64,000 bases of DNA from a virus. A program made the translations under genes and the position numbers. The stretch spans positions 1-64,000 of IMG/VR virus record IMGVR_UViG_3300027798_003516. One strand, given 5' to 3'. Within the stretch, counting starts at the first letter, position 1, and every line of letters begins with the position of its first letter. Shown here piece after piece: positions 1 to 8,448 of this stretch. The notes beneath the pieces were generated by a model that searched no databases, had not been told where the DNA came from, and saw nothing but the letters and a program-made list of their open reading frames with translations.

Positions 1-298
1 TCAATTCACGCTCACGAGCATGAGCCGCTGTCTTACCACGCACAACTTCTAACAAGTAAGGTGTAAAGCCTTCACGACCATATGTACGAAGTGCTTCGCA
101 CAAGTTCCAGTTCTTGCTTTCTGTATTGGCACGGCTTAGGTGACGGTTAAAGCGTCCACGCACGGAGCTCAATGCAGAGCCATCAACTACAGTGATACCA
201 ATGTAGCTGTCGCCAGTGACTTCGCAGAACAGCTCATATATCGCATGGTTGCGATCGGTGCGGCGCTTGCGTTGTGTTGGAGTGTTTTTGCAGTTCAT
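1..298 (-). CDS. GIY-YIG family endonuclease (runs off window edge)
   Basis: Not in ORF track; manual translation MNCKNTPTQRKRRTDRNHAIYELFCEVTGDSYIGIT...RFNRH...ARERE shows AIY..YIG plus downstream R and E. Confidence 0.7.
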   Translation of the reverse strand, partial: MNCKNTPTQRKRRTDRNHAIYELFCEVTGDSYIGITVVDGSALSSVRGRFNRHLSRANTESKNWNLCEALRTYGREGFTPYLLEVVRGKTAAHAREREL

Positions 299-304
299 GT
301 TATT

Positions 305-333
305 ATTATAGCGTATTTAGGTCCACTCGTCAA
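305..333 (-). promoter_or_regulatory. sigma70-type early promoter
   Basis: TTGACG-17-TATAAT, preceded by AAAACGG. Confidence 0.8.
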
Positions 334-372
334 CCGTTTTCAGGGCGTTTTTTGACTTTTTTGAGCCTATTT

Positions 373-425
373 TTGTTGTATTTTTACAACAATAAAGCAG
401 TACTTTTTGTTGTGTTTTTACCACA
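373..425. promoter_or_regulatory. palindromic operator-like motifs (2 copies)
   Basis: TTGTTGTA-TTTT-TACAACAA at 373-392 and degenerate copy at 408-425; recurs at 47152 and 57274. Confidence 0.55.
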
Positions 426-537
426 TAAAAACCCGCTATTTTTACGGGTTTTTAGCCCTAATTTAGACAAAAAGTAGGGTTTTACTAAATAAAAGATGCA
501 GATGATTTTGCATAAACATTTAAGGAGCCACATTATT

Positions 538-846
538 ATGGCCTGCAAATTAGTAATTATAAAACAAAAACGAGTCGACACCTCTACAGCATTCTATCTG
601 TTGTCTGCTGAAAACAAAACCGCGCTTGAAGCTCAGCCAAGTGCCACCGTGATTGGTGAAAGAAATATCGGTAACGGTCTTGTCAAAATCCGTACACTAT
701 TTTTCCCTAACCCAGAGCGTTATGCTGAATGGCAAGCAAACACAACTATCCAGGGAAACATTGCCACCCGTGACGCATACAATACTGCCAATGGTATTAC
801 ATCAACTACCACAGTCATTGACTTGCCAAACTACAATCCATATTAA
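538..846 (+). CDS. small hypothetical protein, paralogue family A
   Basis: AAGGAG RBS before ATG 538; RxDTSxxFY...RxxYNxANGIT motifs shared with 49968 and 50278. Confidence 0.7.
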   Translation: MACKLVIIKQKRVDTSTAFYLLSAENKTALEAQPSATVIGERNIGNGLVKIRTLFFPNPERYAEWQANTTIQGNIATRDAYNTANGITSTTTVIDLPNYNPY

Positions 847-870
847 TTCTTAGTTGTATTAATTGTATTA

Positions 871-899
871 AAAAACCGCCCCTTAAAGGGGCGGTTTTT
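871..899. terminator. bidirectional intrinsic terminator
   Basis: AAAAACCGCCCC-TTAAA-GGGGCGGTTTTT between convergent genes. Confidence 0.85.
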
Positions 900-904
900 G
901 TTTG

Positions 905-1726
905 TCAATTAAAGGTCAATCGTTTGAGCAATCTATCTGGTTCACCTGGATCAAATGTTATTGGATCTCTGCGATGCACACCATTCCAATTGTCATAAAC
1001 TAATATATCGCCATTGGACCAATGATGTTTGTAAAATGTATCCTTTTTGCTTTCGCACAAGCGGTATAGATTTTCCATAAAGGCCATCATCTTCTCGACT
1101 TTCATGCCATTCCTATCAACATGGTGAATCCAGGTATGTTCTGGACCATAGCAGTTTACTCTAGGACTTACTTTACCAGAATACGGATTTGTTTTCAAAA
1201 ACGGAAACTTGGTAATATTTGTACCTGGCCTGTACATAAAATGTTGGTATATGTCAACATTCTTGTAGTACTGTTTTTCTACTTCGGTAAATTGCTCATA
1301 CGCAACTTCAGCGTTTAACCAATAGGTATCACCACTGCCATTGTTGGCACTTCGTACCATGTACAATGCACGGAATGGCAGACTCTTTGCTCCAATGTGT
1401 GCCATGTCTGCATGATACTTCATGTCATTGTCTTTCCAGCGAGTGTTCTTTGTTTTAAAGTAACTCACCGGCGACTGTATGTCTTTATTCAGTGTTGGAT
1501 CACCAACACTGGCTTTGATATATTCTTCACTGGTCCATAGTTGTCCAAACTTAGAGCCCACTGCATGAAATTCAGCATCAGTCAATGTTGGAGGCAGTCC
1601 TTTGATGATCAGAAGCCCTCGGTTGATCAAACGGTCTCGCCAAACGCCCGTTCCCTCAGCCAACAGTTCTTCATGCGTTACAGAGTACTCAGTACACCAG
1701 GTGTCAAATACATCTGTCACTGTCAT
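905..1726 (-). CDS. TauD/TfdA-family Fe(II)/2OG dioxygenase
   Basis: YHAD, GDTYW and HHWSNGDILVYDNW..VHRR motifs. Confidence 0.85.
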   Translation of the reverse strand: MTVTDVFDTWCTEYSVTHEELLAEGTGVWRDRLINRGLLIIKGLPPTLTDAEFHAVGSKFGQLWTSEEYIKASVGDPTLNKDIQSPVSYFKTKNTRWKDNDMKYHADMAHIGAKSLPFRALYMVRSANNGSGDTYWLNAEVAYEQFTEVEKQYYKNVDIYQHFMYRPGTNITKFPFLKTNPYSGKVSPRVNCYGPEHTWIHHVDRNGMKVEKMMAFMENLYRLCESKKDTFYKHHWSNGDILVYDNWNGVHRRDPITFDPGEPDRLLKRLTFN

Positions 1727-1729
1727 TGG

Positions 1730-2026
1730 TTATCGTCCTAAACCTTGGCGATATGCTTGGTCTTCTCTGCGGCGCTGTTCTTCCACTTGACGCTGATGTA
1801 CACCACGCATACACGATTCTTTTTCACCATACGAAGCATAACGGGCACATGATTCGGTAATGACAACAGTTCGATCAACAACAGGTGCAGGCTGTCTTAC
1901 AACAACAGTATTATTAGAAGATCCAAGAGCGTAACCCACAACTCCGCCCGCCACCACAGGAATCAACTGTCTGCTGGAACATCCTGACAATGCTAAAATT
2001 GATAAAGCCAAAATAAGTTTTTTCAT
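1730..2026 (-). CDS. lipoprotein with glycine zipper
   Basis: lipobox LSGC, GGVVG segment. Confidence 0.7.
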   Translation of the reverse strand: MKKLILALSILALSGCSSRQLIPVVAGGVVGYALGSSNNTVVVRQPAPVVDRTVVITESCARYASYGEKESCMRGVHQRQVEEQRRREDQAYRQGLGR

Positions 2027-2047
2027 AGTGAACTCCTGAGTTAATAT

Positions 2048-2446
2048 TTACCTACGCATCCGGCTGATGTCCTCTGCTTCCTCATTGCTAAAAACAGGTA
2101 CTGCATTGCTTTTGTGCATGGTTGCAATACCTTTGACTTTATCTCCAGTGTACACCTTGGCCGGTGCCAATGTGGCAGAGCCCAATCCGCTATTGAGACT
2201 TTTGATATGGGCAGTGGTATTTCGGCCCTCGGGTATTGTCAACCTGTACACAGAGCTCAGACTGGGTGCCGACATGGCTCGCTTTCGCTTGCGTTCTTCT
2301 TGCTCTACACCTTGTCGCTTGAGCAGTTCTAGCCAGCTTTCTTCCAATTCTCTTGCCTTTCGTGCATGTTCTGCACTGGCAAATTTCTTTTTGCCTTTTC
2401 GTTTGCCGGTGGTGTTGAGCCACGGACCTTCTAAATGCATGCTCAT
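2048..2446 (-). CDS. phage hypothetical protein (MHKSNAVPVF motif)
   Basis: Basic protein; start reassigned to MSMHLEG, downstream of the promoter at 2476-2504. Confidence 0.65.
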   Translation of the reverse strand: MSMHLEGPWLNTTGKRKGKKKFASAEHARKARELEESWLELLKRQGVEQEERKRKRAMSAPSLSSVYRLTIPEGRNTTAHIKSLNSGLGSATLAPAKVYTGDKVKGIATMHKSNAVPVFSNEEAEDISRMRR

Positions 2447-2475
2447 TAAAACACTTTCTAGAGTTAAGTTTGTAC

Positions 2476-2504
2476 AGTATAGCAAAGAATAACCAGCTTG
2501 TCAA
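2476..2504 (-). promoter_or_regulatory. sigma70-type early promoter
   Basis: CGG-TTGACA-17-TATACT. Confidence 0.8.
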
Positions 2505-2512
2505 CCGATCAT

Positions 2513-2544
2513 AAAAAAAGGGTATGACCGAAGCCATACCCTTT
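2513..2544 (-). terminator. intrinsic terminator after dctP
   Basis: AAAGGGTATG stem, TTCG-containing loop, U-tract on minus strand. Confidence 0.75.
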
Positions 2545-2561
2545 GGACCACCTAATAGATA

Positions 2562-3506
2562 TTAGGCTAGTTTGATTTTACCGATCAAACCTTGTGTAAA
2601 GATACTGTCGTACTTGACATGCAAAGGAGCAGTCACAGACTTGAATTCTGCTTGCTCTTCTGCTGATAAGTGAACAACATTGATACCTTCTGAAACTGCA
2701 CGAGCTTGTGTTTGTGCAATGTCAGCGATACTTTCTTGACGTTCAATGCGAGCGGCAGCTAACGCGGCATCAGCAAAAATTTGCTGAGTTGCTGTATCAA
2801 ACGAATTCCATAGATCCTTGTTGATGATCAAGCTTGTCAAGAACAAGCTGTGCTCACTGTGAACCAGGCTCTTGGCATGTTGGGCTTGCTTCATACCATA
2901 AATGCGTGGGTATGTGCTTTCACCAGCATCAACTTCTTTAGAAGCCAAAGCGCCTGCCAATTGTTCAATGGCCATTTCAACTGGAACAGCACCGATTGCT
3001 TCAAATGTATCTTTGGCAACTGGGCTAGCTGGAATACGAACACGCATACCGCGTAGGTCTTCTAACTTTTCAACAGCTTCTGTGGCTGGAATGATACGGA
3101 AACCACCTGAGTATGTGAAAGCTAAACCTTGAACTTTTGATTCTTCGGCTAACTTGGCAAATAACTGTTGACCAATGGCACCATCTAATACACGCTCTGC
3201 GTGATCGTGACCTTCGAAAAGGAATGGTAAGTCAAGTACAAACATGTCTTGGCTTAATTGACCCAATGTAGTAGTATACATCTGGCTCAATTGTACTTCA
3301 CCGCTTTCTAGCATGTCGAGTAATTCGAAGCGGTTGTTAATTGTTTTACCTGCTTGGTATTTGTCAGCGTATTCTTGTAGACCAAGAATTTCGATTTCAA
3401 ATGCGCCAGCAGTTTTTTCGTTAACTTCCTTTGAGAATTTCTCAGCGGCTCTTAAAAATAAATCATACGGTTCATGTGCTAGAACCCATGTTAATTTTGT
3501 TGTCAT
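2562..3506 (-). CDS. dctP: TRAP transporter substrate-binding protein (DctP family), no signal peptide
   Basis: DLPFLF, GGFR, EDLRGMRVR, GAVPV, VDAGE motifs. Confidence 0.85.
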   Translation of the reverse strand: MTTKLTWVLAHEPYDLFLRAAEKFSKEVNEKTAGAFEIEILGLQEYADKYQAGKTINNRFELLDMLESGEVQLSQMYTTTLGQLSQDMFVLDLPFLFEGHDHAERVLDGAIGQQLFAKLAEESKVQGLAFTYSGGFRIIPATEAVEKLEDLRGMRVRIPASPVAKDTFEAIGAVPVEMAIEQLAGALASKEVDAGESTYPRIYGMKQAQHAKSLVHSEHSLFLTSLIINKDLWNSFDTATQQIFADAALAAARIERQESIADIAQTQARAVSEGINVVHLSAEEQAEFKSVTAPLHVKYDSIFTQGLIGKIKLA

Positions 3507-3593
3507 TATAATGTCCTCTGTTTTAGATGAGCTTGTCGGCTCAAGCTTATTTATACAAACTAGGACACAAGCCAGTTAAAAGGCCATTTAAAA

Positions 3594-4514
3594 TTATTTT
3601 GTTGAGTTAATTTCTTGGGCAAACTGGTGAGTTAAAACCCGCATCAACATCCAGCGTTTTTCTATAAATTCAACAGGGTCCATGGGCGGAGTAAAACTCT
3701 GTGGAGGAATAATGTCAGCCAGTGCCAAATCTGCGGTTGTTTTAATCACTGCTTCATTTAGTATTTTGATAATTTCTTTGCGCTTTTCTGCTGGCATTTT
3801 AACATGGGCAACTGTGCCAAAGAAAATACTTGGTGTGTCAAATCCTTGCTCTCGGACTGTTTTGATGTCGGGCACTGAGGCCACACGCTTGGGACAATTT
3901 ATTCCCAGCAATTGCATCTGCGGAAGCCTTGTCTTAAAGGTTTGATAATTTTGCACAGTTTCAATTACAAAGTTAATGTCCAACCCGCTGGCCATGTCTC
4001 TGAGTGCATCGTAGTTTGATTTGTAAACAATATATCTAACTTTAAAACCATACGCTTTGCCCAATACCAGTGATGTCAGGTGTGCGGCATTGCCATAGCC
4101 AGTGCCACCCACTGTGATTTCTTTCTGACCCTTTAGGCTGGCCAATCCTTGAGCAGTATTTCCAACATTGGTAATAATGCCCCAACAGGTGTCACCGGTA
4201 GCGGCGACAGGGACATAGTCCCTATCATTGATCATGCCAGCATTGGCATTTTCAATAAACGCAGGAGCAACAGATGCCAGCCGATTTTCTGGGCTTTGAT
4301 CCATTGCTCTCAGAGCCAGGACGCCATTGGCACCTGGTTTGATCTCTAAAATAAATTGGTACTTGGTTTGGATGGTGTTTGCAACTTCTAACATTTTTAC
4401 ATAAGAGCCAAAATTTGATTGGCTTGCGGCCGCCCCATATTGCACATAAATTTTTTCAGCGGCCAACACATTGGCAGTCAACAACAACCCTAGAACAAAC
4501 CAAATAATCCTCAT
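3594..4514 (-). CDS. TctC/Bug-family tripartite tricarboxylate transporter binding protein
   Basis: Signal peptide; KPGANG, GTGYGNAAHL, VYKS, VPDIKTVREQG motifs. Confidence 0.8.
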   Translation of the reverse strand: MRIIWFVLGLLLTANVLAAEKIYVQYGAAASQSNFGSYVKMLEVANTIQTKYQFILEIKPGANGVLALRAMDQSPENRLASVAPAFIENANAGMINDRDYVPVAATGDTCWGIITNVGNTAQGLASLKGQKEITVGGTGYGNAAHLTSLVLGKAYGFKVRYIVYKSNYDALRDMASGLDINFVIETVQNYQTFKTRLPQMQLLGINCPKRVASVPDIKTVREQGFDTPSIFFGTVAHVKMPAEKRKEIIKILNEAVIKTTADLALADIIPPQSFTPPMDPVEFIEKRWMLMRVLTHQFAQEINSTK

Positions 4515-5428
4515 TACTTGGTTTCTAGCTTGATCTGACTAGCAAGCTTTTTCCAGTATGCTGTATGGAAAGCAAAGAACTTGTCCAATCCATCATAAGC
4601 AACAGTTTGTGGTTCGCAATAGTCAACAGCATAGGCCGCACGAACTGCATCTGTCTTTGATGCCCGGGTAAAGATATCATGGAACTCTTTGCGCTTGGCT
4701 TCATCAACACCGGTTGGAAGCAACATGTGGTGGCCAACATTCATGTCAGCAAAGCTGGCATCAAAACCTTGGCGAGCCAATGGAGTATATCCATTGACAA
4801 CTTTGCTACCTGTGATGCCCAACACAGTGACCTTACGCTCTGCACGGGAATTTTCCTTGCTCCACTGTTCAGCTTCGCTGATAAAGCCAATGTGCAAATC
4901 AGTCTGACCTGATACCATGCTCAACATGCTGTCGTTGGTGCTCTTAAATGGAACAATGTTCAACTGTGGGTAACGCTTTTGTAACTCAACGGCGGCCAAG
5001 TGTGTGGTAACACCCAAGCCACTGATACCAACACTTGCGTTGGTTGGCACATCTTTGACAGTCTTGTACTTGGTACTGGTCACTGCCATTGGAGCCATAC
5101 AGTGAACATATTGTTCTTTGTACTTGGTCAAGTCATAGCTTTCATTTGGGAACACAACAGGACGAACAAAGAATGCTGTACTGTGAGCCAAAATATTAGC
5201 AGGTGTATTCAACACATGGTTAGCGGCAATAGCGCCACCAGCACCTGGCTTGGTATCAAAGATAAAGGTGTATTTGTCTTGGATTTTGTTTGCTTCGTTG
5301 GCAATGGTGCGATGGTAGTTGGCAACAGAGTCGCCTGGCCCCCAAGCATAAACGATTGTAATGGTGTCTTTAGCCTGTACGCTTAATGCGGCCATAGCTA
5401 AACACAAGATTGAAATGAATTTTTTCAT
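4514..5428 (-). CDS. TctC/Bug-family tripartite tricarboxylate transporter binding protein
   Basis: Signal peptide; KPGAGGAIA, SGLGVTTHL, VPFKS motifs. Confidence 0.85.
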   Translation of the reverse strand: MKKFISILCLAMAALSVQAKDTITIVYAWGPGDSVANYHRTIANEANKIQDKYTFIFDTKPGAGGAIAANHVLNTPANILAHSTAFFVRPVVFPNESYDLTKYKEQYVHCMAPMAVTSTKYKTVKDVPTNASVGISGLGVTTHLAAVELQKRYPQLNIVPFKSTNDSMLSMVSGQTDLHIGFISEAEQWSKENSRAERKVTVLGITGSKVVNGYTPLARQGFDASFADMNVGHHMLLPTGVDEAKRKEFHDIFTRASKTDAVRAAYAVDYCEPQTVAYDGLDKFFAFHTAYWKKLASQIKLETK

Positions 5429-5503
5429 TAGTAGTTCTCCTATGCCAATACTTATAGCGTATTCACTGACAGATTGTCCAGAATCTGGGCATTTGGAAAA
5501 ATG

Positions 5504-6376
5504 CTATTTTTTTGCAAACATGGTTTCGGAGATCCGTATTTTTTTACGATCGTTCTCACTTCTACATTGGCCCACGGTACAAGCAAAGTGATCACCAGGA
5601 GCATGCCAATTTGTATCAAATGCGTTAAAGTGTTCATTACGGCCGCCACATTCACTATACGATACAAATCCCTTTGGATTTATATGAATCCAATCAACAC
5701 CTGCATAACACGGGAGTCCAGTATACACAGGATCAATAGAATTTATAATGCTTAAATCAGTGTATACCGGAGTGGTGTCTTCTGTTGTTGCTTCATCACT
5801 GCGACTGAAAATTCTATTAACATCAACTTGGCTGTATGCCCTAATAAATCTTCCGTCTGGCTCGTACAATATTTGTTCCGTACATTCAAGTCCTAGCTGT
5901 TGATAATATTTTATCTTTTCTCTAGTTTCGTTAATGCGGCTAGGAATTAAAGGAAACTCCATTGTTACTTTTTTGTTCCTTGACTTGCATTCATCTAAGA
6001 TGAATCCAACTACATCATCATTTTGCCATTCGTGATATGTCAGATGTAACCAGTCAATTAAATGTAATACCCGATATAACGCAAAGTATGTATCGTCGCC
6101 ACTGGTATCCAATCTAATAGTTGACGGCCAAGCCCGTATTGCCTGTAGTACTTCGGTAAGATACGGAAAATGCAAAGGTTCTCCTCCACCAAGTTTCCAA
6201 AGTACTTTAGTGTAGTGACAATAGCGTGTTAGTTGAAGTTTTTTAATAACTTCTAGGTAATCTTGTAACGGTCTATCAGCTGGCCCGTTTTTCCATTCGG
6301 GTCGACAATATGAACATTGAAGCTTGCAATGTCCGTTTAACAACCAATTTATTTCAGCATGTTCTAGTGTTATCAT
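5504..6376 (-). CDS. radical SAM enzyme with Cys-rich C-terminal (twitch/SPASM-like) domain
   Basis: CKLQCSYC, GGEP, CYAG...C...CTVGQC; start reassigned to MITLE, 5 nt after TTAAATA. Confidence 0.85.
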   Translation of the reverse strand: MITLEHAEINWLLNGHCKLQCSYCRPEWKNGPADRPLQDYLEVIKKLQLTRYCHYTKVLWKLGGGEPLHFPYLTEVLQAIRAWPSTIRLDTSGDDTYFALYRVLHLIDWLHLTYHEWQNDDVVGFILDECKSRNKKVTMEFPLIPSRINETREKIKYYQQLGLECTEQILYEPDGRFIRAYSQVDVNRIFSRSDEATTEDTTPVYTDLSIINSIDPVYTGLPCYAGVDWIHINPKGFVSYSECGGRNEHFNAFDTNWHAPGDHFACTVGQCRSENDRKKIRISETMFAKK

Positions 6377-6400
6377 ACTGTTATTTAACAAAACAAAAAT

Positions 6401-6494
6401 GCACACTTTAGGAACTTTCGGGCACGACTCCTACTTGTTCCAGGGCAGTAGCCGCCCCACACTGAAAACCATAAGGTCCTAAGGTAGTGTGTTC
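6401..6494 (-). ncRNA. candidate structured RNA
   Basis: CACACU/AGUGUG and UUAGGA/UCCUAA closing stems, GC-rich internal pairings, 3' U-rich tail. Confidence 0.45.
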
Positions 6495-6584
6495 TTATAC
6501 AGGACTGTAGGGATTTCGTGGTCGATCCGTACCATCGTCTTCTGGGTATACTGGGTATTGATCAGGATTTGGATTAGTTTCCAT
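6495..6584 (-). CDS. 29-aa Pro/Tyr/Asp-rich peptide METNPNPDQYPVYPEDDGTDRPRNPYSPV
   Basis: Manual translation; start overlaps the end of the upstream gene. Confidence 0.5.
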   Translation of the reverse strand: METNPNPDQYPVYPEDDGTDRPRNPYSPV

Positions 6585-6894
6585 ATGGGTTTTCGCCTGT
6601 TAGTCTTGGTCTTGCAAACCATAATCGGAACCAAGCTTCTGTTCCTGGCTCAATGTGGTTCTTGCGTTGATATTCAGCTCTTTCGCTGCCGCCATGTGTG
6701 AGTGGACTGTCTATGCCACTTTGGTCTTTGCCTGTGCCCAATGTCAGGCCGGCCAGTCTACGCAGGTCAGCAATGTGCGAGTGGTCTACATCATCAGCTT
6801 GATGGTATTTTTTACCATCAATTCTGTTGCCCGGCGCATCAACCGGCAGTTGCGTGATTAAAGTTTTACCGCTGCCAAGTTCACTTATTTTCAT
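6574..6894 (-). CDS. hypothetical protein, possibly virion-associated
   Basis: ORF in late-promoter operon; PGTEAWFRLWF motif. Confidence 0.6.
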   Translation of the reverse strand: MKISELGSGKTLITQLPVDAPGNRIDGKKYHQADDVDHSHIADLRRLAGLTLGTGKDQSGIDSPLTHGGSERAEYQRKNHIEPGTEAWFRLWFARPRLTGENPYGN

Positions 6895-7477
6895 CTTCGT
6901 CTTCGTAACCGTGTTCGTTTAGGTCTTCTATTAGACTGGCAAAAGATTTTGACATACGATTCTCTGCATAACCAAACCCACCTACTGCGGCTTTGATATG
7001 TGCAATGGTATAGTCCTTCATGTTGGCATATTCTCTTGGCAAGTGGAATTTGATAGTCTGTTCAATTTCATCTAGTGCTCGTGTCAATTGCTCAACTTGT
7101 TGTTCTAGTTCGGCCGCAAGTTCCGTGGCCTTTTCGCTGTAAATTTCATCATTGATGCGTTCAGCAACAGGAGTGCCTGCCACTGTTGTGGAATTCTGAA
7201 TTCCAGCAAGTTTTTGAATACGACTGACATCATATTCTTGCTGAACATTGACGCTGGCTTGGCCTTCTTGTAATTGTTTGTTTTTCATTGTTTTTGCTTC
7301 TTTGACTTGAACTTGCCCGTCAGCAGGTGCAGATGTAGGATAAAATGCGGCCAATTGTTTACGCATGGTATCTGTGTGTACATCCGCAGTCAAACTGCTA
7401 CTCCAGCGTGGGTCTACGGCTTCCTTGCGGTTTTTAGCAATGTATCCCGATGACTCAACAATTTCTCTAAAGTGCAT
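6881..7477 (-). CDS. acidic coiled-coil protein, possibly head-associated
   Basis: GGAGG RBS, CTAAATA box upstream; RIQKLAG motif echoed by LRRLAG in the next gene. Confidence 0.55.
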   Translation of the reverse strand: MHFREIVESSGYIAKNRKEAVDPRWSSSLTADVHTDTMRKQLAAFYPTSAPADGQVQVKEAKTMKNKQLQEGQASVNVQQEYDVSRIQKLAGIQNSTTVAGTPVAERINDEIYSEKATELAAELEQQVEQLTRALDEIEQTIKFHLPREYANMKDYTIAHIKAAVGGFGYAENRMSKSFASLIEDLNEHGYEDEDENK

Positions 7478-7511
7478 AAAAAAGCCTCCAGTATATTTAG
7501 CAGAGGCTTTT
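7478..7511 (-). promoter_or_regulatory. hairpin combining terminator, late promoter (loop) and RBS (3' arm)
   Basis: AAAAGCCTCTG-CTAAATATAC-TGGAGGCTTTTTT-ATG. Confidence 0.7.
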
Positions 7512-7529
7512 GGTTATTCCATGAACATA

Positions 7530-7643
7530 TCAAGCCATGGTGATGGCAATAAATGCCAACATAAACATCAGTACAGCACCCACAATGGGCAGTACAATGT
7601 GTATGTGTTTGACCACCGATTCTACTGGATCATTGTTGTCCAT
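7530..7643 (-). CDS. small single-pass membrane protein
   Basis: MDNNDPVESVVKHIHIVLPIVGAVLMFMLAFIAITMA; start uncertain. Confidence 0.5.
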   Translation of the reverse strand: MDNNDPVESVVKHIHIVLPIVGAVLMFMLAFIAITMA

Positions 7644-7755
7644 TGTACACAGCTTTGGCTTCATCAATTCTGCCCTGACGAGCAAGACTGGCAGCGGCAC
7701 GAGCTTGCCCAAATGCTTCTAACACTGACCAAATTGAGTTTAAGATTGAGTTCAT
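7630..7755 (-). CDS. 41-aa hypothetical protein
   Basis: Manual translation MNSILNSIWSVLEAFGQARAAASLARQGRIDEAKAVYNGQQ; ATGA overlap with upstream ORF. Confidence 0.55.
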   Translation of the reverse strand: MNSILNSIWSVLEAFGQARAAASLARQGRIDEAKAVYNGQQ

Positions 7756-7913
7756 AGATATTTTTCCTTTTGATAGTTAAATTGTCGGATGTAGTTTTCC
7801 AACTGAGCGGCATCGGTAATGCCTTTGTCTGCTAGATAAGCGTCTAGGCGGCTTTGATAGTTAGAGCTTGGAAACATTTCTGCTAACCTTTCTAACATTC
7901 TTTCTAATAACAT
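7752..7913 (-). CDS. 53-aa helical protein (resembles DUF3563-type small proteins)
   Basis: Manual translation MLLERMLERLAEMFP...RLDAYLADKGITDAAQLENYIRQF; AAGGA RBS. Confidence 0.55.
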   Translation of the reverse strand: MLLERMLERLAEMFPSSNYQSRLDAYLADKGITDAAQLENYIRQFNYQKEKYL

Positions 7914-7931
7914 CGTGTGTCCTTATAAATG

Positions 7932-7962
7932 AAAAACGGCATCGGCTTTTGGCCGACACCGT
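7932..7962 (-). terminator. intrinsic terminator after phasin-like gene
   Basis: ACGGTGTCGGC/GCCGATGCCGT stem followed by U-tract on minus strand. Confidence 0.7.
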
Positions 7963-7984
7963 AGTTGTATCTGCCCGGAGTTAA

Positions 7985-8212
7985 TTACTCGCCGGATTTT
8001 TTACTTTTAGCAACGGTGTCAAAGCCAGGAACTTTGAATGCTTCCAAGTTCTTGTAAGCTTCTACAGCTTGTGCTTTGAATGTTTCGGCCAATTGCGTAT
8101 TGACATCTAATAGTGTCTTTGCAAATGCTGTTGATGCACCTGTCAGTTGTGCGGTCAATTCTTTGGCCAATTTTTGGTTTGATTCGAAAGTTTTTGTGAT
8201 TTCAGTGAACAT
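7985..8212 (-). CDS. phasin-like (PHA granule-associated) protein
   Basis: Small Ala/Lys/Thr-rich amphipathic helical protein; TGC-N3-GCA palindrome in its promoter. Confidence 0.55.
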   Translation of the reverse strand: MFTEITKTFESNQKLAKELTAQLTGASTAFAKTLLDVNTQLAETFKAQAVEAYKNLEAFKVPGFDTVAKSKKSGE

Positions 8213-8293
8213 TTTATTTTCCTTTATTAAGCAAATGTTTGGTAGCCTCTAATGAGCACTACCACTAGTAGAAACACTATCAGTGTTTTCACT

Positions 8294-8326
8294 AGTATAA
8301 CATTATATATGTTGCACCGCAACATA
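8294..8326 (-). promoter_or_regulatory. promoter TTGCGG-17-TATACT overlapped by PhaR-type palindrome
   Basis: TATGTTGC-ACC-GCAACATA at 8308-8326 covers the -35 box. Confidence 0.6.
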
Positions 8327-8448
8327 GTTATCACCCGTTTTAATGAAAATTGCACTAATTTGGATAAATTGATCCAGCCGTGATAAATAGACATGACGGC
8401 AAGTGCCCAATGGCCATTAAATGGTCCATCGTAAAGGAAATAACAACC

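Noticed and set aside
6401-6494. tRNA or a known self-cleaving ribozyme
   Set aside because: No cloverleaf or T-loop, and I could not fit hammerhead, HDV, twister or pistol cores by eye; kept only as an unknown RNA.
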